A stretch of DNA of 64,000 nt from contig CAYIYK010000003.1 of NCBI GenBank assembly GCA_964367745.1, positions 10,248 to 74,247 of the forward strand. Direction: 5' to 3'. The notes below the pieces were generated by a model. It made no database searches. It saw only the letters and a list, made by a program, of their open reading frames with translations, and had not been told where the DNA came from. The translations under genes were made by a program, and so were the position numbers. This document shows positions 1 through 10,883 of this stretch, in pieces. Each line of letters starts with the position of its first letter. Within the stretch, counting starts at the first letter, position 1. The stretch is from an uncultured Candidatus Saccharibacteria bacterium. Its GTDB lineage: Bacteria; Patescibacteriota; Minisyncoccia; Phycocordibacterales; PALSA-1337.

Positions 1-283
1 TTGCTAGATATAGATGGCATTCTGGAGACTTTAGATATGGATATATACCTAGAGCGATAGAACGATTCACGATAAGTTCAGCAGGATTAAAGAATGCCAT
101 TAGGAACTCTACTGCGTGTCTTTCATCATCAGTCATTTTCTTCCAATCATCTAGGTCCTCTTTTAGAGTGATTTCGTGAGGAAACCAAGTATTACGTACA
201 GCTTGATTGTACAAATCATATGCCCACTTATACTTGATTGGATGTAAACTTGTATCTTCAGGTGCGGCTTTTCCGATAAGCAT
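1..283 (-). CDS. nrdB: Class I ribonucleotide reductase beta subunit (R2), N-terminal part only; the gene runs off the left edge
   Basis: Not in the ORF track because it is truncated. My reverse-strand translation from ATG 283..281 gives MLIGKAAPEDTSLHPIKYKWAYDLYNQAVRNTWFPHEITLKEDLDDWKKMTDDERHAVEFLMAFFNPAELIVNRSIALGIYPYLKSPECHLYLA, a typical R2 N-terminus. It lies 24 nt downstream of nrdA. Confidence 0.8.
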   Translation of the reverse strand, partial: MLIGKAAPEDTSLHPIKYKWAYDLYNQAVRNTWFPHEITLKEDLDDWKKMTDDERHAVEFLMAFFNPAELIVNRSIALGIYPYLKSPECHLYLA

Positions 284-307
284 AATATTTTATTTATTAA
301 TTTATAA

Positions 308-3010
308 TTACTGACAACTATCACACTGTGCTCTTTCTGCTGGATCTATAGGGCAAACTTTTGGTTGAGACTTTACTTGGAAGTTTGGATTGTTACTTAA
401 CTTTGCCATAATCTCATCTCTGGATAAAGAACTATCTTTTTTAACTTCAGGAACTGGTGACACTAGGGGCATACTTGGTTGTATTGTCGAGGCTTCTCTT
501 ACTTCATCTCTCATCTCTTCTCTTTGATAAACAGGTGTAGCAACCTTTGCAACTTCTACTCTTTGTATAATAAGTGGACTCTCTATTGGTTGTTTCACTT
601 CTGACACTACATCTTCTTTTGTTGCTGAAGCTACCGCTGCGAATCCTCTCTTTCCAATCTTTTCAGCTTTATTAACTTTAGTTGTACTTTGTTCTGCTGT
701 GTGTCGAGGTTTCATATGTAGATAATATGTAGACTTCAAACCTTTTTTCCAAGCAGTTGTGTAAATATCCATAGTTTCATCTATATCTCTTGTCTCAAGA
801 TACATATTTCTTGAAAGTGCTTGATCTACCCATTTCTGTGCACGTGCAGCTACTTCTACATAAGCTAAAGGTGAAGTTGTGAATGATGTTTTATAAACAT
901 CTTTGATATGTTGTGGAATACCTGGAATGTTTGAGATGTCTCCTTGATTCTCAATGATAGCTTCTCGAACCTTTTCCCAAATTCCCATATTCTTAAGATC
1001 TTTAACTAGGTTATGGTTTATGTCCATATATTTTCCTGAAATCTTATTTCTAGAAAATACTTGAGCAAAACGCGCATCGATTCCTGGAGTTGTTCCTACC
1101 ACTAGACCGATATTTGCATTTGGAGCAACAGCCATCAAAGTAGCATTTCTAATTCCCTTTTTAACTTTCTCTCTTAGAATCTGCCAATTAAGTCCTCTGT
1201 GTTTACTCTGACTATCTACAGTTACTGCAATTCCTCTTGAATCACCAACTTTGTTTAAAGTATCTATTGGAACTTTTCCTTTTGACCATTCTGAACCAGT
1301 GAAGTGACTATATGATCCTCTTTCTTGAGCTAGATTTGCACTTTCATCTATAGCCATATAACTTACGAATTCAAATATTCTGTCAGCAAAATCCCAAGCA
1401 TGTTCACTATCATAAGACATACCAAGTTGTTCAATAGTATCTGCAAATCCCATCACTCCAAGACCGATAGCACGATTCTCTCTATCTGATTTTGCCGCTT
1501 CTGCAATCGGTAGAATATTTATATCTATTAGGTTATCCAATTGTCGAACTGCAAGCCGAACACTTTCTTCCAATCTTCCCCAGTGTACTTCTTTATTCTT
1601 TATATGAGCTGCAAGGTTCAAAGATGCGAGGTTACATACAGCTACATTGTCTTTGTCTTGAGGTAGACAAATCTCCGTACAAAGATTCGACATATGAATC
1701 GTCCCTGTATTGTTATTCAAAGCACGGTTGTTTATTGTATCTTTCCAAACGAGCCATGGATGTGAAGTAGATTGTAGAGAAGTAAGTATTTGTCTGTATT
1801 GTTCTTTTGCTGGAACTTTTTTAAACATTACCAATTCTCCTCTCTCTGCTTTTTCTATGTATTGAGCATATTTTATACTGAATTCTTTTCCATATAGTTC
1901 ATTTAGATCTCCTGTTTCTGCAGGGTCGAACATATACCAATCTTGATCCTTTTCTACTCTAGACATGAATTCATCTGAAAGAAATGCAGCGGTATTTGCT
2001 GTACGCATACGCATATAGTCATCACCTGCATTGTGTTTCCAATCTAGGAATTCTGGAAAATCGTAATGCCAGTTCTCCATATAGAAACATAGAGCTCCCT
2101 TTTTCTTTCCACCTCTCATAACAGCACGGATGGCTGTATCGATTATTTTTGCAAAAGGAGTAGGTCCACTAGAAACCCCACCGAAATTTGATTTCAAAGG
2201 AGAACCAGTTGCTCGTAGTTTTGTAATAGATGCACCGATTCCTCCTGAGCCTTTTGATAGAAGTAGAACATCTGATACAGACTTCGCAATATGTCCCATA
2301 TCATCGTGTATCTCCATTAGATAACAGTTTGAAAGTGCTGGGCGTGTAGTACCTGAACCGAGGTTTGTAGATCCACCAGCTATATACTGATGACGAGACA
2401 TTTTGTCATAGAACTTCTTTGCATATTCATTTGGATTTTTCTCATTGTAACAAAGCCCCATAGCAACTCTCATGAAGAAGTATTGTGGTGTTTCTAGAGG
2501 ATGTTGCTTATCGTCTTTTAAGAAATATCTATTTATAAGTCCATCTAGACCTGCATAGACGAAGAGTTCATCTCTATCTAAAGATATATAATCAGCCAAC
2601 TCTTCGAGATTGAACTTTGATCCCATATCCTTGTGAAGACGATTTTGTTCTATTCCAGATTTAATGTAGTGGATAAAAGCGTCTCTGTGCTTTTTCTGTA
2701 AATCAGCTGGATTCTCTTTATCATATTCACCAATAACTCTACGATAAACAGTCTTTAGAAGAAGTCTAGTTGCTACTCTATCGTATTGGATATCCTCTTT
2801 AATATTTTGAACTGCAGCATTTATAGTTGCATGATCTAGTTCGTCAGTAGTAATACCATTATAAAGAGTCAAATATGTCTCTGTAGCTATTTGAGTAACC
2901 ATAGCTATAGGATCAACAAGTCCAGCACAAGCTCTCTCGATAGAACGATTTACTCTATCTGCATTATGCAATTCACGTGTACCATCAGTCTTCGTTATGT
3001 ATATGCTCAT
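308..3010 (-). CDS. nrdA: Class I ribonucleotide reductase alpha subunit with an ATP-cone and a long C-terminal tail
   Basis: 900 aa. The N-terminus is ATP-cone-like (ITKTDGTRELHNADRVNRSIERA). The active-site motif NLCTEI is present and the C-terminal Cys pair reads QCDSCQ. nrdB is adjacent. Confidence 0.95.
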   Translation of the reverse strand: MSIYITKTDGTRELHNADRVNRSIERACAGLVDPIAMVTQIATETYLTLYNGITTDELDHATINAAVQNIKEDIQYDRVATRLLLKTVYRRVIGEYDKENPADLQKKHRDAFIHYIKSGIEQNRLHKDMGSKFNLEELADYISLDRDELFVYAGLDGLINRYFLKDDKQHPLETPQYFFMRVAMGLCYNEKNPNEYAKKFYDKMSRHQYIAGGSTNLGSGTTRPALSNCYLMEIHDDMGHIAKSVSDVLLLSKGSGGIGASITKLRATGSPLKSNFGGVSSGPTPFAKIIDTAIRAVMRGGKKKGALCFYMENWHYDFPEFLDWKHNAGDDYMRMRTANTAAFLSDEFMSRVEKDQDWYMFDPAETGDLNELYGKEFSIKYAQYIEKAERGELVMFKKVPAKEQYRQILTSLQSTSHPWLVWKDTINNRALNNNTGTIHMSNLCTEICLPQDKDNVAVCNLASLNLAAHIKNKEVHWGRLEESVRLAVRQLDNLIDINILPIAEAAKSDRENRAIGLGVMGFADTIEQLGMSYDSEHAWDFADRIFEFVSYMAIDESANLAQERGSYSHFTGSEWSKGKVPIDTLNKVGDSRGIAVTVDSQSKHRGLNWQILREKVKKGIRNATLMAVAPNANIGLVVGTTPGIDARFAQVFSRNKISGKYMDINHNLVKDLKNMGIWEKVREAIIENQGDISNIPGIPQHIKDVYKTSFTTSPLAYVEVAARAQKWVDQALSRNMYLETRDIDETMDIYTTAWKKGLKSTYYLHMKPRHTAEQSTTKVNKAEKIGKRGFAAVASATKEDVVSEVKQPIESPLIIQRVEVAKVATPVYQREEMRDEVREASTIQPSMPLVSPVPEVKKDSSLSRDEIMAKLSNNPNFQVKSQPKVCPIDPAERAQCDSCQ

Positions 3011-3124
3011 AAATTAATAATATTATTTCTACTAGTGGAGACATTTTACCTTTTTAGCAAGGTTAAAAAAAGGGGAAAATAACTTTTTTTATAGATAAGA
3101 GACAGAAATTTAAAAATGTAAATA

Positions 3125-3580
3125 CTACTCCTTCGTCAATTTTAAAATATTTCCCACCTCTATATTATTTTCATCAGAAAAACCAGCATTTGTCTCGATT
3201 ACGTATAGGCTTTTTTCTGGTGGGAAGAATTGTTCTGGATAACTATCTACTGATGCATTTTTCTCAATATCAACAACTTTTTTATTTTCATCTAGCCAAA
3301 TAATATCTATTGGGAATTTCATATCTTTCATCCAAAAACCATAAGTGTCAGGTTTATCAAAGACAAAAAGCATTGCGCTTCCCTTTACTAGAGTCGCTCT
3401 ACCACTTAGTCCAGCTATTCTCGACGCTTCTGTATCAGAAACAATGAGTGGAATATCCTTGTTATTTATATCGAGTTTATATTTAGAAATATTTTTAATA
3501 TTTGTATCTTTTGGTAAGACACAGAATATCCAAATAATAATAGCAACCAGTATTACGTAAAATGGTATTTTCTTTTTCAT
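3125..3580 (-). CDS. DUF192-family protein with an N-terminal membrane anchor or signal
   Basis: Hydrophobic N-terminus MKKKIPFYVILVAIIIWIFCVL. The core FWMKDMKFPIDIIWLD is the pattern I associate with DUF192. Confidence 0.7.
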   Translation of the reverse strand: MKKKIPFYVILVAIIIWIFCVLPKDTNIKNISKYKLDINNKDIPLIVSDTEASRIAGLSGRATLVKGSAMLFVFDKPDTYGFWMKDMKFPIDIIWLDENKKVVDIEKNASVDSYPEQFFPPEKSLYVIETNAGFSDENNIEVGNILKLTKE

Positions 3581-3649
3581 GTATATTATTATCCCCTTTT
3601 AATTATTTTTCATCAAGATGACTAAAATGAAAAAAGATATGTTAATATT

Positions 3650-4207
3650 ATGTATATGAAAATTTCTTTTGTAGGACCATTTGCAGTAGGAAAAGATGCT
3701 GTATCAAGCTATATAGAAAAAAAATACAATCTAACCCACATATCTAGTGGCAATATCATAAGAGACTATATAACAAAGAATAATCTAGGTGGTCTAGATA
3801 GAAAGAACCTACAAATAGTAGCAAATAAAATGAGGGTTGATGGTGGTGGTGATATTCTAGTCAAAATGGCTTTAGCTGAAGCAAAAGACAATGTAATTGT
3901 TAGTGGACTGCGCGCAATAGATGAAGTAGAGACCTTTAAGAAAATGGGTGGCAATATAATAGCAATCACCGCTCCGATCGAACAGAGGTATAAACTAGCA
4001 CAAATGAGAGGACGTGTAGATGATCATATTTCCTTCGAAGAATTTAAAAAAATTGAAGAGGAAGAAAATAGGAGTAAGGACCATAACGAACAAAATCTGT
4101 CCAAAGTCATAGCAATGGCAGATTTTGAAGTCATAAATGATGGAAGTCTTGAGGAGTTATTCGCGAAATGCGATAAGACTATTTCCCAGATTATGAATGG
4201 ATTCTAA
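3650..4207 (+). CDS. Small P-loop nucleotide/nucleoside kinase-like protein (UPF0200 / dNMP-kinase-like)
   Basis: 185 aa. The Walker-A-like motif is GPFAVGKD (Asp in place of Ser/Thr). Later blocks VSGLRAIDEVETFKK and RGRVDDHISFEEFKKIEEEE resemble the archaeal-type UPF0200 kinase-like family. The start could instead be ATG 3656. Confidence 0.5.
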   Translation: MYMKISFVGPFAVGKDAVSSYIEKKYNLTHISSGNIIRDYITKNNLGGLDRKNLQIVANKMRVDGGGDILVKMALAEAKDNVIVSGLRAIDEVETFKKMGGNIIAITAPIEQRYKLAQMRGRVDDHISFEEFKKIEEEENRSKDHNEQNLSKVIAMADFEVINDGSLEELFAKCDKTISQIMNGF

Positions 4208-4209
4208 TA

Positions 4210-4683
4210 TTATCTTGAGAATATACTCATGATTGCATCCCATAGACTAGCAAGGTTTGCGCCGAAACTCTTTTCAACTGCAAAAGTCACATTGTCTACA
4301 CTTGATACACAACCACCTGTAAACTTTTCAGGGTTTCCACAACCAATTTCGATTTGTAGATTTTCACCTAGTTCATCTCTTTTTGGTGACCACTTGAAAC
4401 TTCCATCATTCTCAGTATTTGCAGCAATTTGCCTAACTAGTTCATAACTCACTGGTGAGTCTGAAACCTTTTTAATCAAGTTAATATTTATACTAGCTTC
4501 CGCTGGGAAATTCTCAGTAGTCCAAGTTATGCTTTGATTTGAACCTGTCTTTATTACAGATTTTGATACTGAAGATACAGAATTTACCTTTGCTTCATTT
4601 GAAGCATTGGCAATAGTAAAACCTGATGAAAATAATGCTAATGTGATTATTGAACTTGCTAATAGATAAGATGTTTTATTCAT
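4210..4683 (-). CDS. Secreted hypothetical protein
   Basis: I moved the start to the internal ATG (cat at 4681..4683). This gives a signal peptide MNKTSYLLASSIITLALFSSGFTIANA. I recognised no domain. Confidence 0.5.
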   Translation of the reverse strand: MNKTSYLLASSIITLALFSSGFTIANASNEAKVNSVSSVSKSVIKTGSNQSITWTTENFPAEASININLIKKVSDSPVSYELVRQIAANTENDGSFKWSPKRDELGENLQIEIGCGNPEKFTGGCVSSVDNVTFAVEKSFGANLASLWDAIMSIFSR

Positions 4684-4752
4684 ATTTTTTATTATTATTT
4701 TATAAGTATACACGAAATTCTCGAGTTGTCAAGGTCTATATAAAGTGGATAA

Positions 4753-5709
4753 CTACTTCATTTTTAACCTAGATCCTGCACCCAATAATAATAACACGAT
4801 AGCGATAGAAAAATGTGGTAAATGTCCCATAAGCTCCACAGGACCTAGCATAACTAATGTTGATAATAAGAATACAGCTAGGGTTATAGTTGTCGTTCGA
4901 GTAACAAGTCCGAGCATAAGGAACAATCCAAATAGCGCTTCTACAACGCCAGCTGAGAATGCAAACCAATAATCAGTAAACCAAGTAAAGCCGATATTAT
5001 GCATGAAATTCCAATGATACAGACTCAAGAAATTCTCAGTAAGTGAAGGAGACATTATCTTCTCAGAGAAGCCAAGAATAAAGAGATTTAGTCCTGTACC
5101 AATTCTTAGCAGTGGTAATCCATAAGAATGGATTTTATGTGTATATTCTTTGAATATTTCTGTATCAACTATTCTCCATTTTGGTCTTCCTACAATCATT
5201 GCAAATAAACTGAAACCAAGCATTTCGAATGTATCCATCATTTCCATAAAACCGTATTCTTTTATTCCAAGAATAAATAGAATCACGAGCAGAAAACCTC
5301 CGATTCTCTCATAATACCCTGCTAGTATCATTATTCCCGCTAGAGTTTGGGTAATGATAAGTAGTAAAGCTAGTGGACCGTTTGCAATTAGATTTGGAGC
5401 GAAGATAAAACCGTTATATGAAAATATAAGGAAAGACAATCCAAAACCAATACTTGAAATAGATATTACATAGGGTGCCCACTTCTCTTCTATACGACGA
5501 AACCATGCTGGAATCTTTAGCTTTTTTTCTAGGATATAACCAATGATGAGGATTACGATCACAGCTATAATAGCAATGATTACCGGAAGGTCTGTTAATT
5601 CATAAGGCCTTATTTCTTTTACTGGATGAGCAAACCATTTTACATGTGCTGAGACCAAAAAAGGAACTGAGAATAAAACTGAAACAATTGATAATATTTT
5701 TTTGTACAT
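4753..5709 (-). CDS. Polytopic membrane protein, possibly DoxX-like
   Basis: 318 aa with about 9 hydrophobic segments. The signal-like N-terminus ends in SAHVKWF. LLRIGTGLNLFILGFSEKI resembles the DoxX pattern. The family assignment is weak. Confidence 0.55.
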   Translation of the reverse strand: MYKKILSIVSVLFSVPFLVSAHVKWFAHPVKEIRPYELTDLPVIIAIIAVIVILIIGYILEKKLKIPAWFRRIEEKWAPYVISISSIGFGLSFLIFSYNGFIFAPNLIANGPLALLLIITQTLAGIMILAGYYERIGGFLLVILFILGIKEYGFMEMMDTFEMLGFSLFAMIVGRPKWRIVDTEIFKEYTHKIHSYGLPLLRIGTGLNLFILGFSEKIMSPSLTENFLSLYHWNFMHNIGFTWFTDYWFAFSAGVVEALFGLFLMLGLVTRTTTITLAVFLLSTLVMLGPVELMGHLPHFSIAIVLLLLGAGSRLKMK

Positions 5710-5770
5710 GTATCAATTATACATTACAGAAATCAGTCTTTTTTATAAATATGTGAAGAAATAGGATTGT

Positions 5771-5799
5771 TTGACAAATCACCTGTTTTGGTGTATTAT
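5771..5799 (+). promoter_or_regulatory. Sigma-70-type promoter for the 5834 gene
   Basis: TTGACA (5771..5776), a 17-nt spacer, then TATTAT (5794..5799), 35 nt upstream of the ATG. Confidence 0.5.
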
Positions 5800-5833
5800 A
5801 TTAAAAGAATAGCTGCCGAACTATTTTGAATAT

Positions 5834-6628
5834 ATGAAGTATCTCCTAGCTCATGAGGCTAGTAGATGGACACAATCCCATTATTCTCAAAAGGCATTTA
5901 AAATGATTAATATCGAAAGCGCTCGCAGGTTACTCAACAAGGTTTCTCCCGAGATCGTAAAACATTGGGAGAAGGAAAAAGGGGTCGGTCTTGCTATGAC
6001 AATCGCTCAGATTGAACAGATCGAACAGAACAGGCAAAAACCTAGGACAAGGAATAGAAAGCTTGAATTGTTAGTTATTATGATAGTTATCACCGCATAC
6101 ATACTACTATTATCACTATTGAGAAATAGTGTAATAGCGATGATGATTCTGATGATCTTCATGGTTGCGTCAATTGGTTTTTATTACGGACGATTGAACC
6201 GAAAGGATCGTGAGTCTTTTCAAAAAGAATCCAATGAAGACGCGGAGCAAGCAAGGCTATCAGATTCAATCACCGCCTTCTGGGAAACCATTTTCAGTGT
6301 TTGTGAACACAACACACTTCCCCAAGACAACCTCGTAGATGCGGAATACCTGAAAGGTGTATTGCATACCACAATTAAGGACCTGCTTTTGAAACAAGCA
6401 GTACTCAGGATGAAAAACTCCAATCCAAGCTTTGATGTAGATAATGTCGCTGCAGCAGCGATTGAATACACAAGTGCAGATGTATACCTGGACAATCAAT
6501 GGGAAACCGTCAAGAATGAACTAGGTGTAGATATAAAAAGGAAAGAGATGTTCAAAAAAGCCGAAGATGAAATGCGAATTACCCATCCCGGCCTTAGTCA
6601 GTACTTCAAGACAACAGAGGGGCAATAA
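5834..6628 (+). CDS. Hypothetical 2-TM protein with atypically high GC
   Basis: 264 aa with two central hydrophobic helices (LELLVIMIVITAYILLLSLL and AMMILMIFMVASIGFYYG). I recognised no domain. The soluble-domain DNA is about 48% GC by hand count. The gene has its own promoter and terminator. Confidence 0.6.
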   Translation: MKYLLAHEASRWTQSHYSQKAFKMINIESARRLLNKVSPEIVKHWEKEKGVGLAMTIAQIEQIEQNRQKPRTRNRKLELLVIMIVITAYILLLSLLRNSVIAMMILMIFMVASIGFYYGRLNRKDRESFQKESNEDAEQARLSDSITAFWETIFSVCEHNTLPQDNLVDAEYLKGVLHTTIKDLLLKQAVLRMKNSNPSFDVDNVAAAAIEYTSADVYLDNQWETVKNELGVDIKRKEMFKKAEDEMRITHPGLSQYFKTTEGQ

Positions 6629-6643
6629 GCACAACCCTCTCAC

Positions 6644-6677
6644 AGCCACGATTTTGCAAAAGATCGTGGCTTTTTTA
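6644..6677. terminator. Intrinsic terminator between convergent genes
   Basis: A 9-bp stem AGCCACGAT (6644..6652) / ATCGTGGCT (6663..6671) is followed by TTTTTT. It abuts the stop codon of the TPM gene. Confidence 0.65.
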
Positions 6678-7547
6678 TTACCAAGATCCACTCGAACCTC
6701 CTCCACCAGAGCTTCCACCTCCAAATCCTCCGAAGCCACCAGATGATCCTCCCCTTCCTCCTCCGATAAATAATGGCCAAATACCTCCACCCTTACTTGG
6801 TGGATGTTTTGAAACAAAATAATCAAAAATAAGACCAGCAATAGTAAGAGCTATTGTTGTAATAATAATTTTAAATGTAAAACCAAAAGCTATACCGAGA
6901 GCGATACCAATAATAAAACCAATAACGCCACCGAGCCACCAAGACTTCGTTCTACCTAATATACTTGAAAAGAAGATGATTGCCGACCAGAATATAAAGA
7001 TAATAAATTCAATAGATTTCCCACCGACTTTTACACTATTAGATTCATTTTTTATAGAATAATCAACATCACTAGTCACCACAGAAACAATAGCATTCGT
7101 TCCATCAGTAATTCCTTTTGGTAAATTCCCTGCTTTGAATTCTGGTAGAACTATTTTTTGAATAATTCCATTTGATTGCAAATCGGTTAATACACCTTCC
7201 AAACCATAACCAACTTCTATTCTTACTTTTCTTTCGTTTGGTGCGATAAGGAACAATACTCCATTATCCTTAGCTGAATTACCTATACCCCATTCTTTAA
7301 AAAGTTTTACTGCGTAAGTTTCTATCGTTTCATTACCTAGAGAATTTATAGTCACTATTGCGACTTGTATTGTTGTTTTATTATTAAGATCATTTAATTT
7401 TGATTCTATTTGATCTTTATTTTCTTTAGATAAAATACTTGCATAGTCATTTACAAAGCCCTGTGGTTTTCCAGGGCTTGTAAAAGCATTAGCAATAGTG
7501 ATGCTAAGTGCAAATATTATTGTTGCAAATAAAGCAACTTTCTTCAT
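6678..7547 (-). CDS. TPM-domain (YgcG-like) membrane protein with a Gly-rich C-terminal tail
   Basis: Signal peptide, then GFVNDYASILS ... RKVRIEVGYGLEGVLTD (TPM-domain pattern), then TM helices and a GGGSSGG tail. It pairs with LemA, which is a classic arrangement. Confidence 0.85.
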   Translation of the reverse strand: MKKVALFATIIFALSITIANAFTSPGKPQGFVNDYASILSKENKDQIESKLNDLNNKTTIQVAIVTINSLGNETIETYAVKLFKEWGIGNSAKDNGVLFLIAPNERKVRIEVGYGLEGVLTDLQSNGIIQKIVLPEFKAGNLPKGITDGTNAIVSVVTSDVDYSIKNESNSVKVGGKSIEFIIFIFWSAIIFFSSILGRTKSWWLGGVIGFIIGIALGIAFGFTFKIIITTIALTIAGLIFDYFVSKHPPSKGGGIWPLFIGGGRGGSSGGFGGFGGGSSGGGGSSGSW

Positions 7548-7549
7548 AT

Positions 7550-8107
7550 TTAGAATTTAACTTGTGGAGCTTGTTCAGCGCCTTTTACTGCTTCAAAATA
7601 TGATCTTTCCTTGAATCCAAATATTGATGCGATTATTGAACCTGGAACTTTCATTACTTTCAAATTGTATAGTTTTACAGAATCATTGAATCTCATTCTT
7701 TCTACATTGATACGATTCTCAGTGCCTTCTAGTTGTGACATCATTGATTGTACAGTCTCTGAAGATTTCAATGTCGGATAACTTTCAACTATTACCATAA
7801 GTCTACTTAGAGCACTTTCTACCTGTCCTGCAGCTATAGCTTTGTCATTTACATTTGAAGCTCCTGAATATCTTGTTCTTGCATCAGATATAGCAGTAAA
7901 GACTACTTGTTCTTGTTTCATTACACCCTTTGCTGATTCGATAAGGTTTGGAATAAGGTCAAAACGTCTTTGATAGTTTGTTTCTACTTGTTTCCATTGT
8001 GCATCTGCATCAACGTTTAAAGATACGAGACTATTGTAAGTCATGACTGTATATCCTCCCAAAATAACTAGTACTGCAACAATAACGATAATTATTTTTT
8101 TATTCAT
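7550..8107 (-). CDS. lemA: LemA family protein
   Basis: An N-terminal TM is followed by YNSLVSLNVDADAQWKQVETNYQRRFDLIPNL, the typical LemA signature. Confidence 0.9.
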   Translation of the reverse strand: MNKKIIIVIVAVLVILGGYTVMTYNSLVSLNVDADAQWKQVETNYQRRFDLIPNLIESAKGVMKQEQVVFTAISDARTRYSGASNVNDKAIAAGQVESALSRLMVIVESYPTLKSSETVQSMMSQLEGTENRINVERMRFNDSVKLYNLKVMKVPGSIIASIFGFKERSYFEAVKGAEQAPQVKF

Positions 8108-8132
8108 TTTTAATTTAATTAACTAGTAACTA

Positions 8133-8810
8133 CTATTTCTTTGGAGAAGCCTTTGTCTCGTCTGTTCCTGCTGGACCAGTTACGAATTTGAATGATTTAA
8201 CCATGTCCTTGAATTGTGTATCTGCTTCATCAACTAACTTTGTATTGTTTGTAGATGCTAGTTTTACATCATCACCCTTGAATCCTTTACTAGCTGGAGT
8301 TAGAACGATTGAAGAATATGTGAATAGGTAACAAATTGAATTGTTTTGTAGTGAATACATTCTGTTAAAATAATTTCTACCTTGAACTGTATTTGAGATA
8401 GAGATCATGTTTAGAGTTGAATCACCAACTGTTAGAGTAGATCTTTCTTTAACTGTTGTTACAAGTGGGAAAGCACACTTTCCAGATACGATATCAACCT
8501 TCACTTCCAATTTTCCTATAGAATTCTTGTCTTTTGTAACACTAACTGGAATAGCAAGAGTAAGGTTACTAGGAGCTTCTGACTTTTCCCATGCTGTTGG
8601 GTATTTTACAGAGAAACCAAGTTCATCATTCTTGTATTCAGAAAGTTTTGTAGATACTGGTACTGTCTGACTTGTCGGTACTGGAGGAGTTTTCTCAGTT
8701 GTATTTTCACCACCTGAAACTACAGGAGACGGTGTACTTGGTCCATTAAACTTCCAAATAACTGCACCTGCGATAATAATTACTATAACGAAAGCTAATA
8801 TTTTTTTCAT
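8133..8810 (-). CDS. Membrane-anchored or secreted hypothetical protein
   Basis: I moved the start to ATG 8810 (MKKILAFVIVIIIAGAVIW). A Thr/Pro/Ser linker follows. I recognised no domain. Confidence 0.55.
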   Translation of the reverse strand: MKKILAFVIVIIIAGAVIWKFNGPSTPSPVVSGGENTTEKTPPVPTSQTVPVSTKLSEYKNDELGFSVKYPTAWEKSEAPSNLTLAIPVSVTKDKNSIGKLEVKVDIVSGKCAFPLVTTVKERSTLTVGDSTLNMISISNTVQGRNYFNRMYSLQNNSICYLFTYSSIVLTPASKGFKGDDVKLASTNNTKLVDEADTQFKDMVKSFKFVTGPAGTDETKASPKK

Positions 8811-8830
8811 ATCGCACATTATAACAGATA

Positions 8831-10471
<1,641 letters not shown>

Positions 10472-10804
10472 TTATTTGATTATTGCTAATAATTCGCTTT
10501 CTTTTACTATATAGTATTCTTCATCATTTATTTTTACTTTATCTCCCCATTGAAATAGAACTTCATCACCTACTGATACAGATACTGGTATAACCTTTCC
10601 ATCTTCTGTTCTACCTTGACCTATAGCTACAACCTCTCCTCTTTTACCTCCTTTGTCTTCATTCACTGTTACTGGAATAATAATTCCTGATGCTGTTTTA
10701 TTTTCTTTATGTTTTGAATCTTCTTTTATTAAAACTCTATCAAATAGAGGTATGATAATCGTCGAACTGTTATTTGTTTTCGTCTTTTTTGTATCTTTTA
10801 TCAT
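10472..10804 (-). CDS. groES: Co-chaperonin GroES (Cpn10) with a short N-terminal extension
   Basis: IIPLFDRVLIKE ... GEVVAIGQGR ... VGDEVLF. It lies 3 nt upstream of groEL. Confidence 0.9.
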   Translation of the reverse strand: MIKDTKKTKTNNSSTIIIPLFDRVLIKEDSKHKENKTASGIIIPVTVNEDKGGKRGEVVAIGQGRTEDGKVIPVSVSVGDEVLFQWGDKVKINDEEYYIVKESELLAIIK

Positions 10805-10883
10805 AATGGAATTAAATTTTATAGTAATGAATGATCATAAGCAATATTGCACGTTTAAACTGGCTATGCTATAGTGTTCCGTA

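Noticed and set aside
3011-3124. An NrdR box or riboswitch upstream of nrdA
   Set aside because: I found no convincing 16-bp NrdR-type palindrome pair. There is only a partial CACTAGTAG. The spacer is too short and unstructured for a cobalamin riboswitch.
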